Assembly: GCA_963741205.1 (NCBI GenBank) | Contig: CAVUHW010000006.1 | Coordinates: 1 to 64,000, forward strand | DNA: 64,000 nucleotides | Source of the DNA: Nitrospirota bacterium | GTDB taxonomy: Bacteria > Nitrospirota > UBA9217 | Reading direction: 5' to 3' | In this document: positions 53,098 through 63,053 of the stretch, piece after piece | How positions within the stretch are numbered: position 1 is the stretch's first letter | Layout: every line of letters begins with the position of its first letter | Position numbers and translations under genes: made by a program | The notes under the pieces: model-generated | Seen by the model: only the letters and a program-made list of their open reading frames with translations | Told to the model about the DNA's origin: nothing | Databases searched by the model: none

Positions 53098-54519
53098 ATG
53101 GACCTGAGCCCGAAGACAAAAGTTAACGACGTCATATCCCGTTATCCCTTTTTAAAGGACTTTCTGGTAAAGCTTAACCCGGAATTCAAGATGCTCGACA
53201 ATCCGTTCATGAGAAAGACCGTGGGCAGGATTGCTTCCCTCGGCAAGGTGGCGATGATCGGCGGCATGGATGTGAAAAAGCTCATCGACGACCTCGCGGC
53301 GGAGATCAGGAAGAAGACCAATGATGCGGTCGCCGTATCTTACGGGGAAGGGGGGCCTGATGAGCAGGACCTGAAGATCGACCAGATGAAGGAGATCATC
53401 AAGGAGCTCCACGCGGGTAAGGATGCGGAGTCGCAGAAACAGAAGTTCCACGACCTGATCAAGGACGTGGCGCCCTGGGAGATCGCGCAGATGGAGCAGA
53501 AGCTCATTGCCGAGGGCATGCCCGAGACCGAGATCAAGAACCTCTGCGAGGTGCACGTTTCGGTCTTCAAGGAGGCGTTGGAGCACAAGACCGTGCCCGG
53601 GCTGCCCGCCGGCCATCCGGTCCATACGCTCATGCTGGAGAACAGGGCTTGTGAAGGCATCCTCAAGGAAGCGGAGGGAATCACCGATTATGCGAAGGAT
53701 AAGCTTAAGCTCCTGGCTATCCTCGACCGTCTCGCGGAAATTGACAAACACTTCCTGCGAAAGGAGAACCAGCTCTTTCCGATCGTAGAGACAAAGGGTA
53801 TCACGGGACCGTCCAAGGTCATGTGGGCGCTCCATGACGACATCCGCGGTTTCATCAAGGACGTTCGGAAACGCGTTGTGGAAGGCAGGATGGAGAAGGT
53901 GGCCGGCGAGGCGCTGGTCAAGATGGTCAACGACATGATCTATAAGGAGGAGCACATTCTCTTTCCCATGACGCTTGAAACGCTCTCCGAGGATGAATGG
54001 GCAAAGGTAAGAAAAGGCGAGGAGGAGATCGGCTACGCCTGGATCAAGCCCGAGACGGAGTGGAAACCCGCCCCCAGCTCGTTCCAGCAGGAACTACTCG
54101 CAGAAAAGGTCGGAAGCTTGAACCTCGACACGGGCCAGCTCACCGCGGAGCAGGTGAACCTGATCATGACGCACCTGCCCGTAGACATCTCGTTCGTAAA
54201 CGAGAACGACGAGGTCGCGTACTATTCGGCGAGCCCCGAGCGCATCTTCCCCAGGAGCCCGGGAGTGATCGGGAGAAAGGTCCAGAACTGCCATCCGCCG
54301 AAGAGCGTGGACATGGTGGAGAAGATCCTCTCTTCGTTCAAGGAGGGGACCAAGAGTGTCGCAGAGTTCTGGATCCAGATGCGCGGAAAGGTGCTGCACA
54401 TCCGCTACTTCGCGGTGAGGGATTCTGCGGGCAAATACCGCGGCTGCCTTGAGGTCTCCCAGGACATTACCGAGATCCAGAAGATCACGGGGCAGAAAAG
54501 GCTTCTGGATTGGGAGTGA
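53098..54519 (+). CDS. DUF438-domain protein (DUF1858 + DUF438 + hemerythrin-like + PAS_10)
   Basis: LCEVHVSVF, GHPVHT, HFLRKENQLFP, VMWALHDD, KEEHILFP, GRKVQNCHPPKS. Confidence 0.92.
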   Translation: MDLSPKTKVNDVISRYPFLKDFLVKLNPEFKMLDNPFMRKTVGRIASLGKVAMIGGMDVKKLIDDLAAEIRKKTNDAVAVSYGEGGPDEQDLKIDQMKEIIKELHAGKDAESQKQKFHDLIKDVAPWEIAQMEQKLIAEGMPETEIKNLCEVHVSVFKEALEHKTVPGLPAGHPVHTLMLENRACEGILKEAEGITDYAKDKLKLLAILDRLAEIDKHFLRKENQLFPIVETKGITGPSKVMWALHDDIRGFIKDVRKRVVEGRMEKVAGEALVKMVNDMIYKEEHILFPMTLETLSEDEWAKVRKGEEEIGYAWIKPETEWKPAPSSFQQELLAEKVGSLNLDTGQLTAEQVNLIMTHLPVDISFVNENDEVAYYSASPERIFPRSPGVIGRKVQNCHPPKSVDMVEKILSSFKEGTKSVAEFWIQMRGKVLHIRYFAVRDSAGKYRGCLEVSQDITEIQKITGQKRLLDWE

Positions 54520-54620
54520 TGGGCCCTTGTCCTCCCTTGAATCCTTTTCCACTATGCATCAAAATCAAGGTGCCATTCAAAGGAGGCCCTCACGCAGTCT
54601 GTATGCGCGGTACGAGGCGC

Positions 54621-54875
54621 TTAGGAGGTAAACCTCGAGTCTCCGTCGCGGTCCGTCGCGAGAGTCTCTCCGCAAGCGCATCGCCAGAATAAGATGCGGC
54701 CATCCCTTCTTACATAGACCATCTTACCTTCGCAACGCCAACAAACGACGCCTTCCACAAGAATTTGTTTACGGTAGGCGATCTGATCGCGAAGCTTTAT
54801 ATGCTCTACATTCCCGAATTGGAGCTTCCGTGGCACTTTCAATCCTTCGATGAACTGCTGTTGAGAGACTCTCAT
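54621..54875 (-). CDS. Small protein with C-terminal Zn-ribbon-like motif
   Basis: RBS GGAGG; CWRC...WRCACG. Confidence 0.6.
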   Translation of the reverse strand: MRVSQQQFIEGLKVPRKLQFGNVEHIKLRDQIAYRKQILVEGVVCWRCEGKMVYVRRDGRILFWRCACGETLATDRDGDSRFTS

Positions 54876-54956
54876 GAATCGACCCTCCGTCTCTTTTTGT
54901 CCGCGCCCGAGATAATGGGGCGAGTTGGGAATAAACGCTTTCACAGATGCCACGAT

Positions 54957-55007
54957 AAAAAATGCAGGCCGGTCCTCAGTCGATTGATACTGAGGGCCGG
55001 CCCGCCT
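54957..55007 (-). terminator. Terminator of the secreted-protein gene
   Basis: GGCCGGTCCTCAGT/ACTGAGGGCCGGCC stem with an A-run on the + strand side. Confidence 0.7.
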
Positions 55008-55044
55008 GTTTATCTGGTGATCTCAAGCGAGTCTTACGACAAGC

Positions 55045-55842
55045 TTAATTACTGGTGAACGAGATCGTCTGGCTGTTATGGAAGTTCTTTACCTGCTGAA
55101 CGGTGAGGGACACCGGGCCGACGCAGGCCTGTGTGCTGCCGCCTGACGTATTATTGTTCGTGCCTATCATGCCCCACTGCATCACAACCTTATGGTTGCC
55201 GTTCGTCATATTGGGCACGACATAGTCATAGCTGTGCGCGGAGAGCGTGGTCAACAGCATGTCGAAACTGCATCCCGGGGCGGGAGCCATGCATACGCCC
55301 GTGGTCCCGCAGGCGTCGCCGGCGGGGCAGTCGGCGTCCGTGGAACAGGCTATCGCGGTCGGAATGGACACGCATGTGGCCAGATTGCCGAAGAGTGTGT
55401 TGCTTACCTGTTGAATTCTCTGGTCGTAGACAATGCAGTTGGCGGGACTCACCTGAAGTCCGGTGCTCGTGACTTTTCCATTCACATCGAGGGTCGGGTC
55501 GACATAGACGCAGACCATGATCCCGACATCGGCCGTCGCATTATTGACGGTTGTTGAGAGCTTGGTCGAAGTGAAGAGCCCAGTGGCGAGCGAGGGCCTG
55601 ATGAGCAAGGAGGTCCCCTGCCCGTTCGGCGTCTGGATCGACGTCATGAAGGACGTCAGGCTAGTGCCGCCGCTCAGGGTGTCGCCCCCGAAGCTACCGG
55701 TGTTCGTGTTGAAAACGGCCGGCGATGCGGTACATGCCGCCGAAGTCCCGGCTGCGGTAAAACTTCCGCTGCTATCGGCAAAAGCGGATGAAGCAACGAT
55801 CAACAGGCTTACAACCATTACGGCAAAAAAAATCTTTTTCAT
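55045..55842 (-). CDS. Secreted beta-rich protein with inserted Cys-rich mini-domain, unknown function
   Basis: RBS GAGGAG; signal peptide ending AFA; Ser/Thr-rich; CSTDADCPAGDACGTTGVC insert. Confidence 0.8.
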   Translation of the reverse strand: MKKIFFAVMVVSLLIVASSAFADSSGSFTAAGTSAACTASPAVFNTNTGSFGGDTLSGGTSLTSFMTSIQTPNGQGTSLLIRPSLATGLFTSTKLSTTVNNATADVGIMVCVYVDPTLDVNGKVTSTGLQVSPANCIVYDQRIQQVSNTLFGNLATCVSIPTAIACSTDADCPAGDACGTTGVCMAPAPGCSFDMLLTTLSAHSYDYVVPNMTNGNHKVVMQWGMIGTNNNTSGGSTQACVGPVSLTVQQVKNFHNSQTISFTSN

Positions 55843-56170
55843 AGTGTTCTCCTCTCTGATCCGTTTTTGCGCTACGTGAATAAGGCAGGCCTGACTTCCG
55901 GATTATCATCTCCTTTCCTGGCCAGATATGATCTTCGCCCGGCAAGGCGTCTTCTACGGTTTTCCGGTTGAATCCAAAATCGTCATGGAGAAAAATCCTA
56001 AACCTTTAAGTTATGCTATGGAGTATATGGTTATGAAGGGGAGGGGGCAATCCGCCGAAAGATGGAATTTGAAGAAGGGATCTAGGCCTTTTGTCCTAGA
56101 TTCGTAGGGAAGCGAGGGTTAGCGCACTGCCAGTGAAACAGCACCTCGTGATTCAGTCTCTCTCCGCTGG

Positions 56171-57005
56171 TCAGGAAGAGCGTCTCTCCAAGGCTGCTGG
56201 AACGACAAGGACAATATCAGCCGAAGGCCTTTGCATTCATCGTCAAACCCAGGCGTGTCCCTGCTGACCGAGGAGATGGTCCGGACCATGATCTCCGGAT
56301 CATACTGTTTTAAATACCAGCAGATCCCGCCGCGGTCCTTTGAATGATAATCACCGTTATAATGGATGAACAATTCCTTCGGACCGCGGTTCTTCAGGAT
56401 AAAGTACGCCATGGTTGCGTCCTTGATCGCCTGCGCGGCGACGAAGTTCTGAGCGTCCATATGCGCTCCATGGGCCATGCCGATCTCCATGGCCTGCTTG
56501 TATCCCGGTGTTGAAAGATCCAGCACAATGGGAAGAGGAGCGATATGATTTCTTTGCCTCATCGGACAGACGTTCCAGCGCCTTCATTCCCTCCCGGGCG
56601 ACGAGGCTGGCATATCGCCTCGGGATATTGGTCGCGATGAACCGAAGTCCGCGCTCTTTGGCAACATCAACGAGCGGACGGTAATCGCATCGTAATTATC
56701 CCAAACCTTGGCCTCCTTCGCCAGGTGCTCATGCTCGATGAGACCCGCCAGATATTCATCCACGATCAGCTGGTTGTCCGCCTCCAGCATTTCCGCGCCG
56801 AGCATCAGATCGTCCTTTTTGATCTCGACAGAGGTCTCGAGTCAATTCCAACTGCAGCCAATGAACAAGGGGGTGTTCGTGGATCTCGCCGAACAGGATG
56901 ACATCGGCCCGTGACGCAGCGGTCAATCATTTCCTGGTACCCGAATCTCCCTCCCGCCCCCGTCATAGAGGCGATACGCCGGTTTTTCGCGGGGTCTTGC
57001 CCCAT
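56171..57005 (-). CDS. ChaN-family (haem-uptake/Cofac_haem_bdg) protein, heavily frameshifted
   Basis: Stitched: KPAYRLYD...ADVILFGEIH...HWLQLE...LGAEMLEADNQ...WDNY...AQAIKDATMA...HYNGDYHS. Confidence 0.75.
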
Positions 57006-57430
57006 GTGTAGCATAACGGCTCCTTTCTCTCACGGCGGAGAAAACACGACCACGTTCCCTCATGAACTCCGGATTATGGAAAATACGACAGGTGCTGTGC
57101 AATTTCAAAAACATACAGCTCCTGTGGAGTTCAGAAAGTTTTATCTTATAAAAAAACTATATCATAACATCCATGATTCAAACAGTATTATGTAATCAAC
57201 TGCATCCAGATTGAAGGACTGCTGAGCATATTTGCACGTCCGACTTACAGGGGTTGCCGTCCTGTGCTAATATGGAGGCAGAGCGGAGAAATCCCACGTT
57301 GTGGTGAAATTAGCGCGCACGAAGATGGAGTCGGTCATGCACGCGAGGACCACGCGGCAGGAACAAAAATTACAGCCGAGGTACAATGCTTCGGCTGTTT
57401 TTATGTCTCGCAGATCAATATGAGTCAACG

Positions 57431-57964
57431 ATGAAGACCTTGAAAGCTTCCGCGTATATCGCAACCAGTCTTGACGGGTTCATTGCCAGGGAAAACGGCG
57501 ACATCGACTGGCTGCCTGCCCCTGGCGCGGAGGATTACGGGTATAAGGAATTCATGGACACCGTTGACGTCCTCGTCATGGGACGCAAGACCTTTGACAA
57601 GATGCTGGCCTTCTCCGATTGGCCATACGGGAGCAAGCCCGTCATTGTCCTCAGTCACGGCCCGGTGAATATCCCGAAACCCATCGCACGGTCTGTAAAG
57701 TCCATGTCATACACCCCCCGCGAGCTGGTCAGGTGGCTTAGAGAAGAGGGAGCGAGGCATGTCTATGTTGATGGCGGCAAGACGATCCAGGGGTTTCTTG
57801 ACGAGGGCTTGATTCAGCAGCTGATCATTACACGAATTCCCATCCTGATCGGGAGCGGCATCCCGCTCTTCGGACCGCTCAAGCGCGATATCAGGTTGCG
57901 GCACATCGAGACACGGCAATTTCCCGATGGGCTCGTGCAGAGCAGGTACGAGGTCGTTGGCTAG
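57431..57964 (+). CDS. Dihydrofolate reductase/RibD C-terminal family protein
   Basis: YIATSLDGFIA, LVMGRKTF, VYVDGG, PILIGSGIPLF. Confidence 0.9.
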   Translation: MKTLKASAYIATSLDGFIARENGDIDWLPAPGAEDYGYKEFMDTVDVLVMGRKTFDKMLAFSDWPYGSKPVIVLSHGPVNIPKPIARSVKSMSYTPRELVRWLREEGARHVYVDGGKTIQGFLDEGLIQQLIITRIPILIGSGIPLFGPLKRDIRLRHIETRQFPDGLVQSRYEVVG

Positions 57965-58054
57965 AGAGCGACGGGAAGGATAGAGCAGGCCCTTGACAGC
58001 GTTCTCCTGATTCGTTATAGTTCCATTATTTCAATTCAAGAGAGGAGGCATTCA

Positions 58055-58315
58055 ATGAAGCGTTTTACCCTGGCAGTACTCGTTGCAGCTGCAGTGATGT
58101 TTGTTGCATCAGCGGCATTCGCCGGCAAGACCTATCAGTTCACCGGCAAGGTTCTGGAGATCAAGGACAATGTCATCGTGGTGGACAAGAACGGCGAGAA
58201 GTTTGAAATGGCCAAGGACGCTAACACGAAGGTCAAGGGCGACCTGAAGGTGGGCGCAAAAGTGACGGTGAAGTACGAGTCCCGCGCGGCCGAGATAGAA
58301 GTAAAGGCGAAGTAA
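58055..58315 (+). CDS. Small secreted OB-fold-like protein
   Basis: RBS GGAGG; signal peptide ending AFA; TGKVLEI...TKVKGDLKVGAKVTVKY. Confidence 0.8.
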   Translation: MKRFTLAVLVAAAVMFVASAAFAGKTYQFTGKVLEIKDNVIVVDKNGEKFEMAKDANTKVKGDLKVGAKVTVKYESRAAEIEVKAK

Positions 58316-58340
58316 GGACGCACAACATAACGCCAAACAG

Positions 58341-58373
58341 AAGCGGCCCCGTCGGATTCCCGGGGCCGCTTTC
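58341..58373. terminator. Bidirectional terminator
   Basis: AAGCGGCCCCG...CGGGGCCGCTTT. Confidence 0.8.
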
Positions 58374-58397
58374 TCTTGAGGGGTAGCAAAACGCAGT

Positions 58398-59255
58398 TCA
58401 CAACCTCACCGGCACGCCCCGTTCTCTCAAGTATTCCTTCGCCTGCCTTATCGTGTATTCCCTGAAATGGAAGATCGAGGCAGCGAGCGCCGCGTCGGCC
58501 TTGCCTTTCGTAAAACCTTCATAGATGTGTTCGAGATTTCCGACGCCGCCCGAGGCGATGACCGGGATCGTGACCGCTTCCGCGACTGCCCGCGTGAGTT
58601 CGAGGTCGTAGCCGTTCTTCTGGCCGTCCTGGTCCATGCTTGTTAAGAGAATCTCGCCTGCACCGTATTCCTCCATCATGCGCGCCCACGCGACCGCGTC
58701 GATGCCCATCGGCTTTCTGCCTCCGTGGGTGTAAACCTCCCAGCGGATTTCGGATTGCGGATTGCGGATTGTGGATTGCGAAAGCAACAGAGAAGCATAC
58801 TTCGGGTCGTTTGCCCAGGCGAGGGGTGGCTTGAAATCCGGGTCGTGCGCAACGACGAGTTTGGCGTCGATGGCGACGACGATGCACTGGCTGCCGAAGC
58901 GCATGGAGGCCGCCTTGATGAATTCGGGATCATGGACCGCGGTGGTATTGATCGAGACCTTGTCCGCACCGGCCAGGAGCAGGCTCCTGATGTCGTCTAA
59001 GACCTTGATGCCGCCGCCCACGGTCAGGGGCATGAAGACCTGCTCGGCGGTCCTCCTGACCACATCCAGGATGATGCCGCGCTCCTCGTGCGACGCGGTG
59101 ATGTCCAGAAACGTCAGTTCATCGGCCCCCTGATCGTCGTAGATCTTCGCGATCTCTACGGGGTCGCCGGCATCGCGCAAGTTCACGAAGCTCACGCCTT
59201 TTACGACCCTGCCGGCCTTGACATCGAGGCAGGGTATGATTCGTTTTGTTAACAT
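58398..59255 (-). CDS. hisF: Imidazole glycerol phosphate synthase cyclase subunit with ~30-aa loop insertion
   Basis: [51 protein letters not shown]. Confidence 0.97.
   Translation of the reverse strand: MLTKRIIPCLDVKAGRVVKGVSFVNLRDAGDPVEIAKIYDDQGADELTFLDITASHEERGIILDVVRRTAEQVFMPLTVGGGIKVLDDIRSLLLAGADKVSINTTAVHDPEFIKAASMRFGSQCIVVAIDAKLVVAHDPDFKPPLAWANDPKYASLLLSQSTIRNPQSEIRWEVYTHGGRKPMGIDAVAWARMMEEYGAGEILLTSMDQDGQKNGYDLELTRAVAEAVTIPVIASGGVGNLEHIYEGFTKGKADAALAASIFHFREYTIRQAKEYLRERGVPVRL
58743..58781. repeat. Heptamer tandem repeat (GCGGATT x5) inside hisF
   Basis: GCGGATT TCGGATT GCGGATT GCGGATT GTGGATT GCGA; encodes [12 protein letters not shown]. Confidence 0.85.
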
Positions 59256-59277
59256 GGATTCTTTGCTGTCCTTTGCG

Positions 59278-59314
59278 CCCCCTCACCCCGCCCTCTCCCG
59301 CGAGGGGAGAGGGG
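59278..59314. repeat. CCCTCACCCCGCCCTCTCCC..GGGAGAGGG palindrome
   Basis: Same family as 397-476; lies between hisA and hisF. Confidence 0.8.
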
Positions 59315-59392
59315 AAAGATGAAGAAGGCAGGGGCTGATTTTTTTGGTCAACATTGCTCGCCCTTATTCACCTGACGGGCAATCAGTTATAT

Positions 59393-60130
59393 TCACCGGT
59401 TGTCCTGGAGTCGCACGTACTGGATGGCCTCGCGAAGGTTCAGCGAGCCGCTGTATATCGCCTTGCCCGTGATGACGCCGGTTACGCCGTTGCACCTGAC
59501 CGCCATCAGATTTTCGATGTCTTTCATCGTGTGGACTCCCCCGGACGCGATGACCGGGATCCTGAGCGACTCGGCCAAGGCCTTCGTGGCCTCGATGTTC
59601 GGGCCGGTCAGCATGCCGTCGCGCTTTATGTCCGTGTAGATGATGGCGATGACTCCATAGTCCTGCATCTGCTGCGCCAAGTCCACGGCCTTGACCTTGG
59701 TAACTTCAGCCCACCCTTTGATCGCCACCATGCCGTCCTTGGCGTCGATGCCGACGATGATTTTCCCCGGGAACCTCCCGCAGGCTTCCTGCACGAAAGC
59801 GGGGTTCTCTATCGCCGCTGTCCCGAGGATGATGCGGTCGATGCCGATGGCGACCAAGGAACTGATCGTGGCGATATCCCGGATGCCGCCGCCGACTTCG
59901 ATGGGGATCTTGATCGCGGCGCGGATCGCCCTGATGGAATCGAGGTTCTTGGGCGCGCCTGCGAAGGCGCCGTCCAGGTCCACCACGTGCAGGACCTCAG
60001 CACCCTGGGACTCCCAGTGCCGGGCCGTGGTCGCGGGGTCGTCGGAGTAGACCGTGGCCTTGTCCATGAGCCCCTGTTCGAGGCGCACGCATTTGCCTTC
60101 TTTTAAATCGATTGCCGGGATGATTAACAT
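59393..60130 (-). CDS. hisA: ProFAR isomerase
   Basis: [47 protein letters not shown]. Confidence 0.97.
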   Translation of the reverse strand: MLIIPAIDLKEGKCVRLEQGLMDKATVYSDDPATTARHWESQGAEVLHVVDLDGAFAGAPKNLDSIRAIRAAIKIPIEVGGGIRDIATISSLVAIGIDRIILGTAAIENPAFVQEACGRFPGKIIVGIDAKDGMVAIKGWAEVTKVKAVDLAQQMQDYGVIAIIYTDIKRDGMLTGPNIEATKALAESLRIPVIASGGVHTMKDIENLMAVRCNGVTGVITGKAIYSGSLNLREAIQYVRLQDNR

Positions 60131-60140
60131 GAAAAACCTC

Positions 60141-60216
60141 AGTAGCAAGTAGCTAGTAAGCATGTAGCAAGGTTTGGATCTCCTTGCTACTTGATTCTTC
60201 CTTGCTCCTGGCTATC
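60141..60216. repeat. Heptamer-periodic inverted repeat between hisH and hisA
   Basis: AGTAGCA AGTAGCT AGTAAGC ATGTAGC AAG ... CTTGCTACTTG ... CTTGCTCCTGGCTA. Confidence 0.7.
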
Positions 60217-60852
60217 CTTTCTGTTCTCCGAATCTCTTCAGGATCGACAGCCCCACCGCCTGGCTCTTCTCGGGGTGGAACTGCGATGCGAAGATGTTGT
60301 CCTTCCAGATACTCGAAACGAACTCAAACCCGTAGGGCGTCGTCGTCGCGATCACGCCCTTGTCTTCCGGAACCACATGGAAGGAATGGACGAAGTAGAC
60401 GTGGCTGCCCTCCGGAACATCCTGAAGAGCCGGGGGGCGGCGTTTGATCGAGATCGAATTCCAGCCCATGTGGGGGACCTTCAGTTGTCGATCGTTGCTT
60501 GTTGTTGATTGTCGAAGGCTGGGCCCTTGAAGCGAACCACGCGGCCTTTGATGATGTCGAGACCCTTCGAGATCCCGAACTCCTCGCTTTCCGTGAAGAG
60601 GAGCTGAAGACCGAGGCAGATGCCCAGGAACGGCTTACCCGAACTGATGCTCTTGTGGACCGCGTCGATGAGACCGTACTCCCGGAGGTTCCGCATGCAG
60701 TCCGGGAAGGCCCCCACGCCGGGCAGCACGACTTTCGAGGCGCTCAAGATCGTCTTCGCCTCGCTCGTGACCACGGCCTCGTGGCCCATGCGCTCGAAGC
60801 CCTTCTGAACGCTCCGCAGGTTACCCATTCCATAATCAATAATCGCAATCAT
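60212..60852 (-). CDS. hisH: Imidazole glycerol phosphate synthase glutaminase subunit; frame break inside a repeat-like insert near 60482-60513
   Basis: IIDYGMGNLRSV, LPGVGAF, LGICLGLQ | LKVPHMGWN, YFVHSF, QFHPEKS. Confidence 0.95.
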
Positions 60853-60868
60853 ATTTTGAGAGATATCC

Positions 60869-61009
60869 GGACGCAGATTTCCGCAGATGAACGCAGATGA
60901 AAATCAAATTGTTGAGTGATAAGGAGGGAACGGAAAAGGTCGGTTAGATCTTTCCCTCATACCAATATCATTTTGGTTTATCCGCGTCAATCTGCGTTCA
61001 TCCGCGTCC
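60869..61009. repeat. Decamer-periodic inverted repeat between hisB and hisH
   Basis: ACGCAGATTT CCGCAGATGA ACGCAGATGA ... ATCCGCGTCA ATCTGCGTTC ATCCGCGTCC. Confidence 0.85.
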
Positions 61010-61018
61010 AATTGTATT

Positions 61019-61609
61019 TTAGATTTTGCCTTTCGTCGAAAGCACGCCCTTGATCCTCGGATCGAGGCTTGTCGCCTGGTCCAGGGCCCGGCCGAAGGCC
61101 TTGAAGATGGCTTCGAGCATGTGGTGAACGTCGCGGCCGTAATGGAGTCGGATGTGCAGGTTCATCCCCGCATGATTCACGACGGACTGGAAAAAGTCTT
61201 CCGCCAGCCCGGGATCGAAGTCCTTCAGCTTGTACTTTTTCGGCAGCTCCACCTGGTACGCGAGGTACGGCCTGCCGGACAGGTCCATCACGACTTGAGC
61301 GAGGGTCTCGTCCATGGGCACGGTAACATCGCCGTAGCGGCGGATGCCCGTGCTGTCTCCCAGGGCCTTTTTAAGCGCCTGGCCGAAGGCGATTCCGAGG
61401 TCTTCCACCGTGTGGTGGTCGTCGATCTCCGTGTCCCCCTTGGCCTTGATCATTAGGTCGAAGAAGCCGTGCTTCGCCACGTGGGAGAACATGTGGTCCA
61501 TGAACGGCACCGAAGTCTTGATGTTGTATTGCCCTGATCCGTCCAGGTCCAAAGAGATCCTGATGTCCGTTTCCTTGGTCTTGCGCTCGATCGTTGCTTT
61601 TCGCGGCAT
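61019..61609 (-). CDS. hisB: Imidazoleglycerol-phosphate dehydratase
   Basis: [40 protein letters not shown]. Confidence 0.97.
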   Translation of the reverse strand: MPRKATIERKTKETDIRISLDLDGSGQYNIKTSVPFMDHMFSHVAKHGFFDLMIKAKGDTEIDDHHTVEDLGIAFGQALKKALGDSTGIRRYGDVTVPMDETLAQVVMDLSGRPYLAYQVELPKKYKLKDFDPGLAEDFFQSVVNHAGMNLHIRLHYGRDVHHMLEAIFKAFGRALDQATSLDPRIKGVLSTKGKI

Positions 61610-61709
61610 TCGATTCTCCTTCAGACTCTTGATGTGTCCACGAATGCCTCTACGGGACCCACGCTTGAAAGAACCTGATTCCCGATCAACTTCGTGAATG
61701 CTCAGTAGT

Positions 61710-62794
61710 CTAATCGGTGTCCAAAATACTTTTCAGTGTTTTCAAAAACTCCCGGTTTTCCGCCGGCGTCCCGACGGTTACGCGAAGGCAGTTCTTGAGC
61801 GGGCCGGGCCTGCTGAGGTTCTTGACCAGAATGCCTGCCTTCTTGAGCGCCTCGTGTACGCGCGCAGCGTCCGCTGACGTTCTTATCAGGAGGAAATTCG
61901 TTTCCGAAGGGTAGGCCGTGATGCCGTTCGCATCTGCGACAAATTATTATAGAGCGTTTCCCGCTCTGAAATCAACAGGGAAATCTGCTTTTCGATTACG
62001 TCGCGATGCCGGAGGGCCGTCACTGCCGCGGTCTGCGAGAGCATATTGATATTATAGGGCAGCCTGATCTTGTTCAGTTCGTCGACCACTGCCGGGGCCG
62101 CCGTGAGCGCGCCGATGCGCAGTCCGGCAAATCCGATCTTCGAGAGCGTTCGCAGGATGATCATGTTCGGATATTTTTTCAGGAGCGGAAGGTACGTCTT
62201 GCCGGAAAAGCTGAAATAGGCCTCATCGAGGACGACGGCGGCGTTGGCAGCTTCCAGGATCTTCCGTACTGCGTGATCGTCAAACCGGTTGCCCGTGGGG
62301 TTATTGGGACAGGCAAGGAAGATGATCTTCGCTTTGCTCTCTTTTGCCTTTTTGAGCATCATATCCGCGTCGAGCTCGAAATTTTCCCCGAGCGGAACGG
62401 TCTCGACTGCCTGTCCCAGTGCCCGCGCCGTGATATCATACATGGCGAAGGTCGGCGTCGGAATGAGAACCGGCCCGCCGAAGGCGAGGATGATGGCCTG
62501 GATGAGTTCGTCGGACCCGTTGCCCAGGACTATCTGCTCCGGTTTCATGTTCCACAGCGCCGCAATCGCCTTCTTCACCGCCTTTGCAGAGGGGTCGGGG
62601 TAGAGATTGATGGGGGCATTTTTCACGGCAACGGCGATCTCCCGCCGTATCGCCCCGGGCAGAGGGAAAGGGTTCTCCATCGCGTCAAGCTTGATCCGTA
62701 CCGGCGTTTCGTCGACGTGATAGGCGGTGAGCTTGCGTACCTGCGGCCTGATGAGCCTGGTGATATTTTTTGATTTCGATGATTTTACCGGCAT
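61710..62794 (-). CDS. hisC: Histidinol-phosphate aminotransferase; frameshift near 61930
   Basis: [43 protein letters not shown]; shifted tail YPSETNFLL...CLRVTVGT. Confidence 0.94.
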
Positions 62795-62967
62795 ATCGAG
62801 CACTATACAAGAATCGGAATTCATGCACAAGCGGAAAATTCAGGACTGAGCTATCGAAAAATCAGGGGCAATGCAACTCTTCTCCGCTTTATATGGCCTC
62901 AGCGGAAACAGAAGGGGGGTAATGAGAAATTTTCGCCTTGCCATACCTGAAAAGATGTTCGAAAAAA

Positions 62968-63000
62968 AAGAGAGCTAAGGATTACTCCCTTAGCTCTCTC
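62968..63000 (-). terminator. Terminator of the PFF-repeat gene
   Basis: AGAGAGCTAAGG...CCTTAGCTCTCT preceded by an A-run on the + strand. Confidence 0.8.
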
Positions 63001-63053
63001 AAAACCTCTTTCACTCCCGCCTTTCCTGTTCAATAACGAGCAAGCGACAGGTC

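Noticed and set aside
55850-55990. c-di-GMP-I riboswitch upstream of the secreted protein
   Set aside because: The GGCAAAC...GAAA...CGCAAA arrangement is not present in the right order
35368-61009. Periodic repeats as CRISPR arrays
   Set aside because: Units are 7-10 bp in inverted pairs, with no 25-40-bp repeat/spacer regularity and no cas genes
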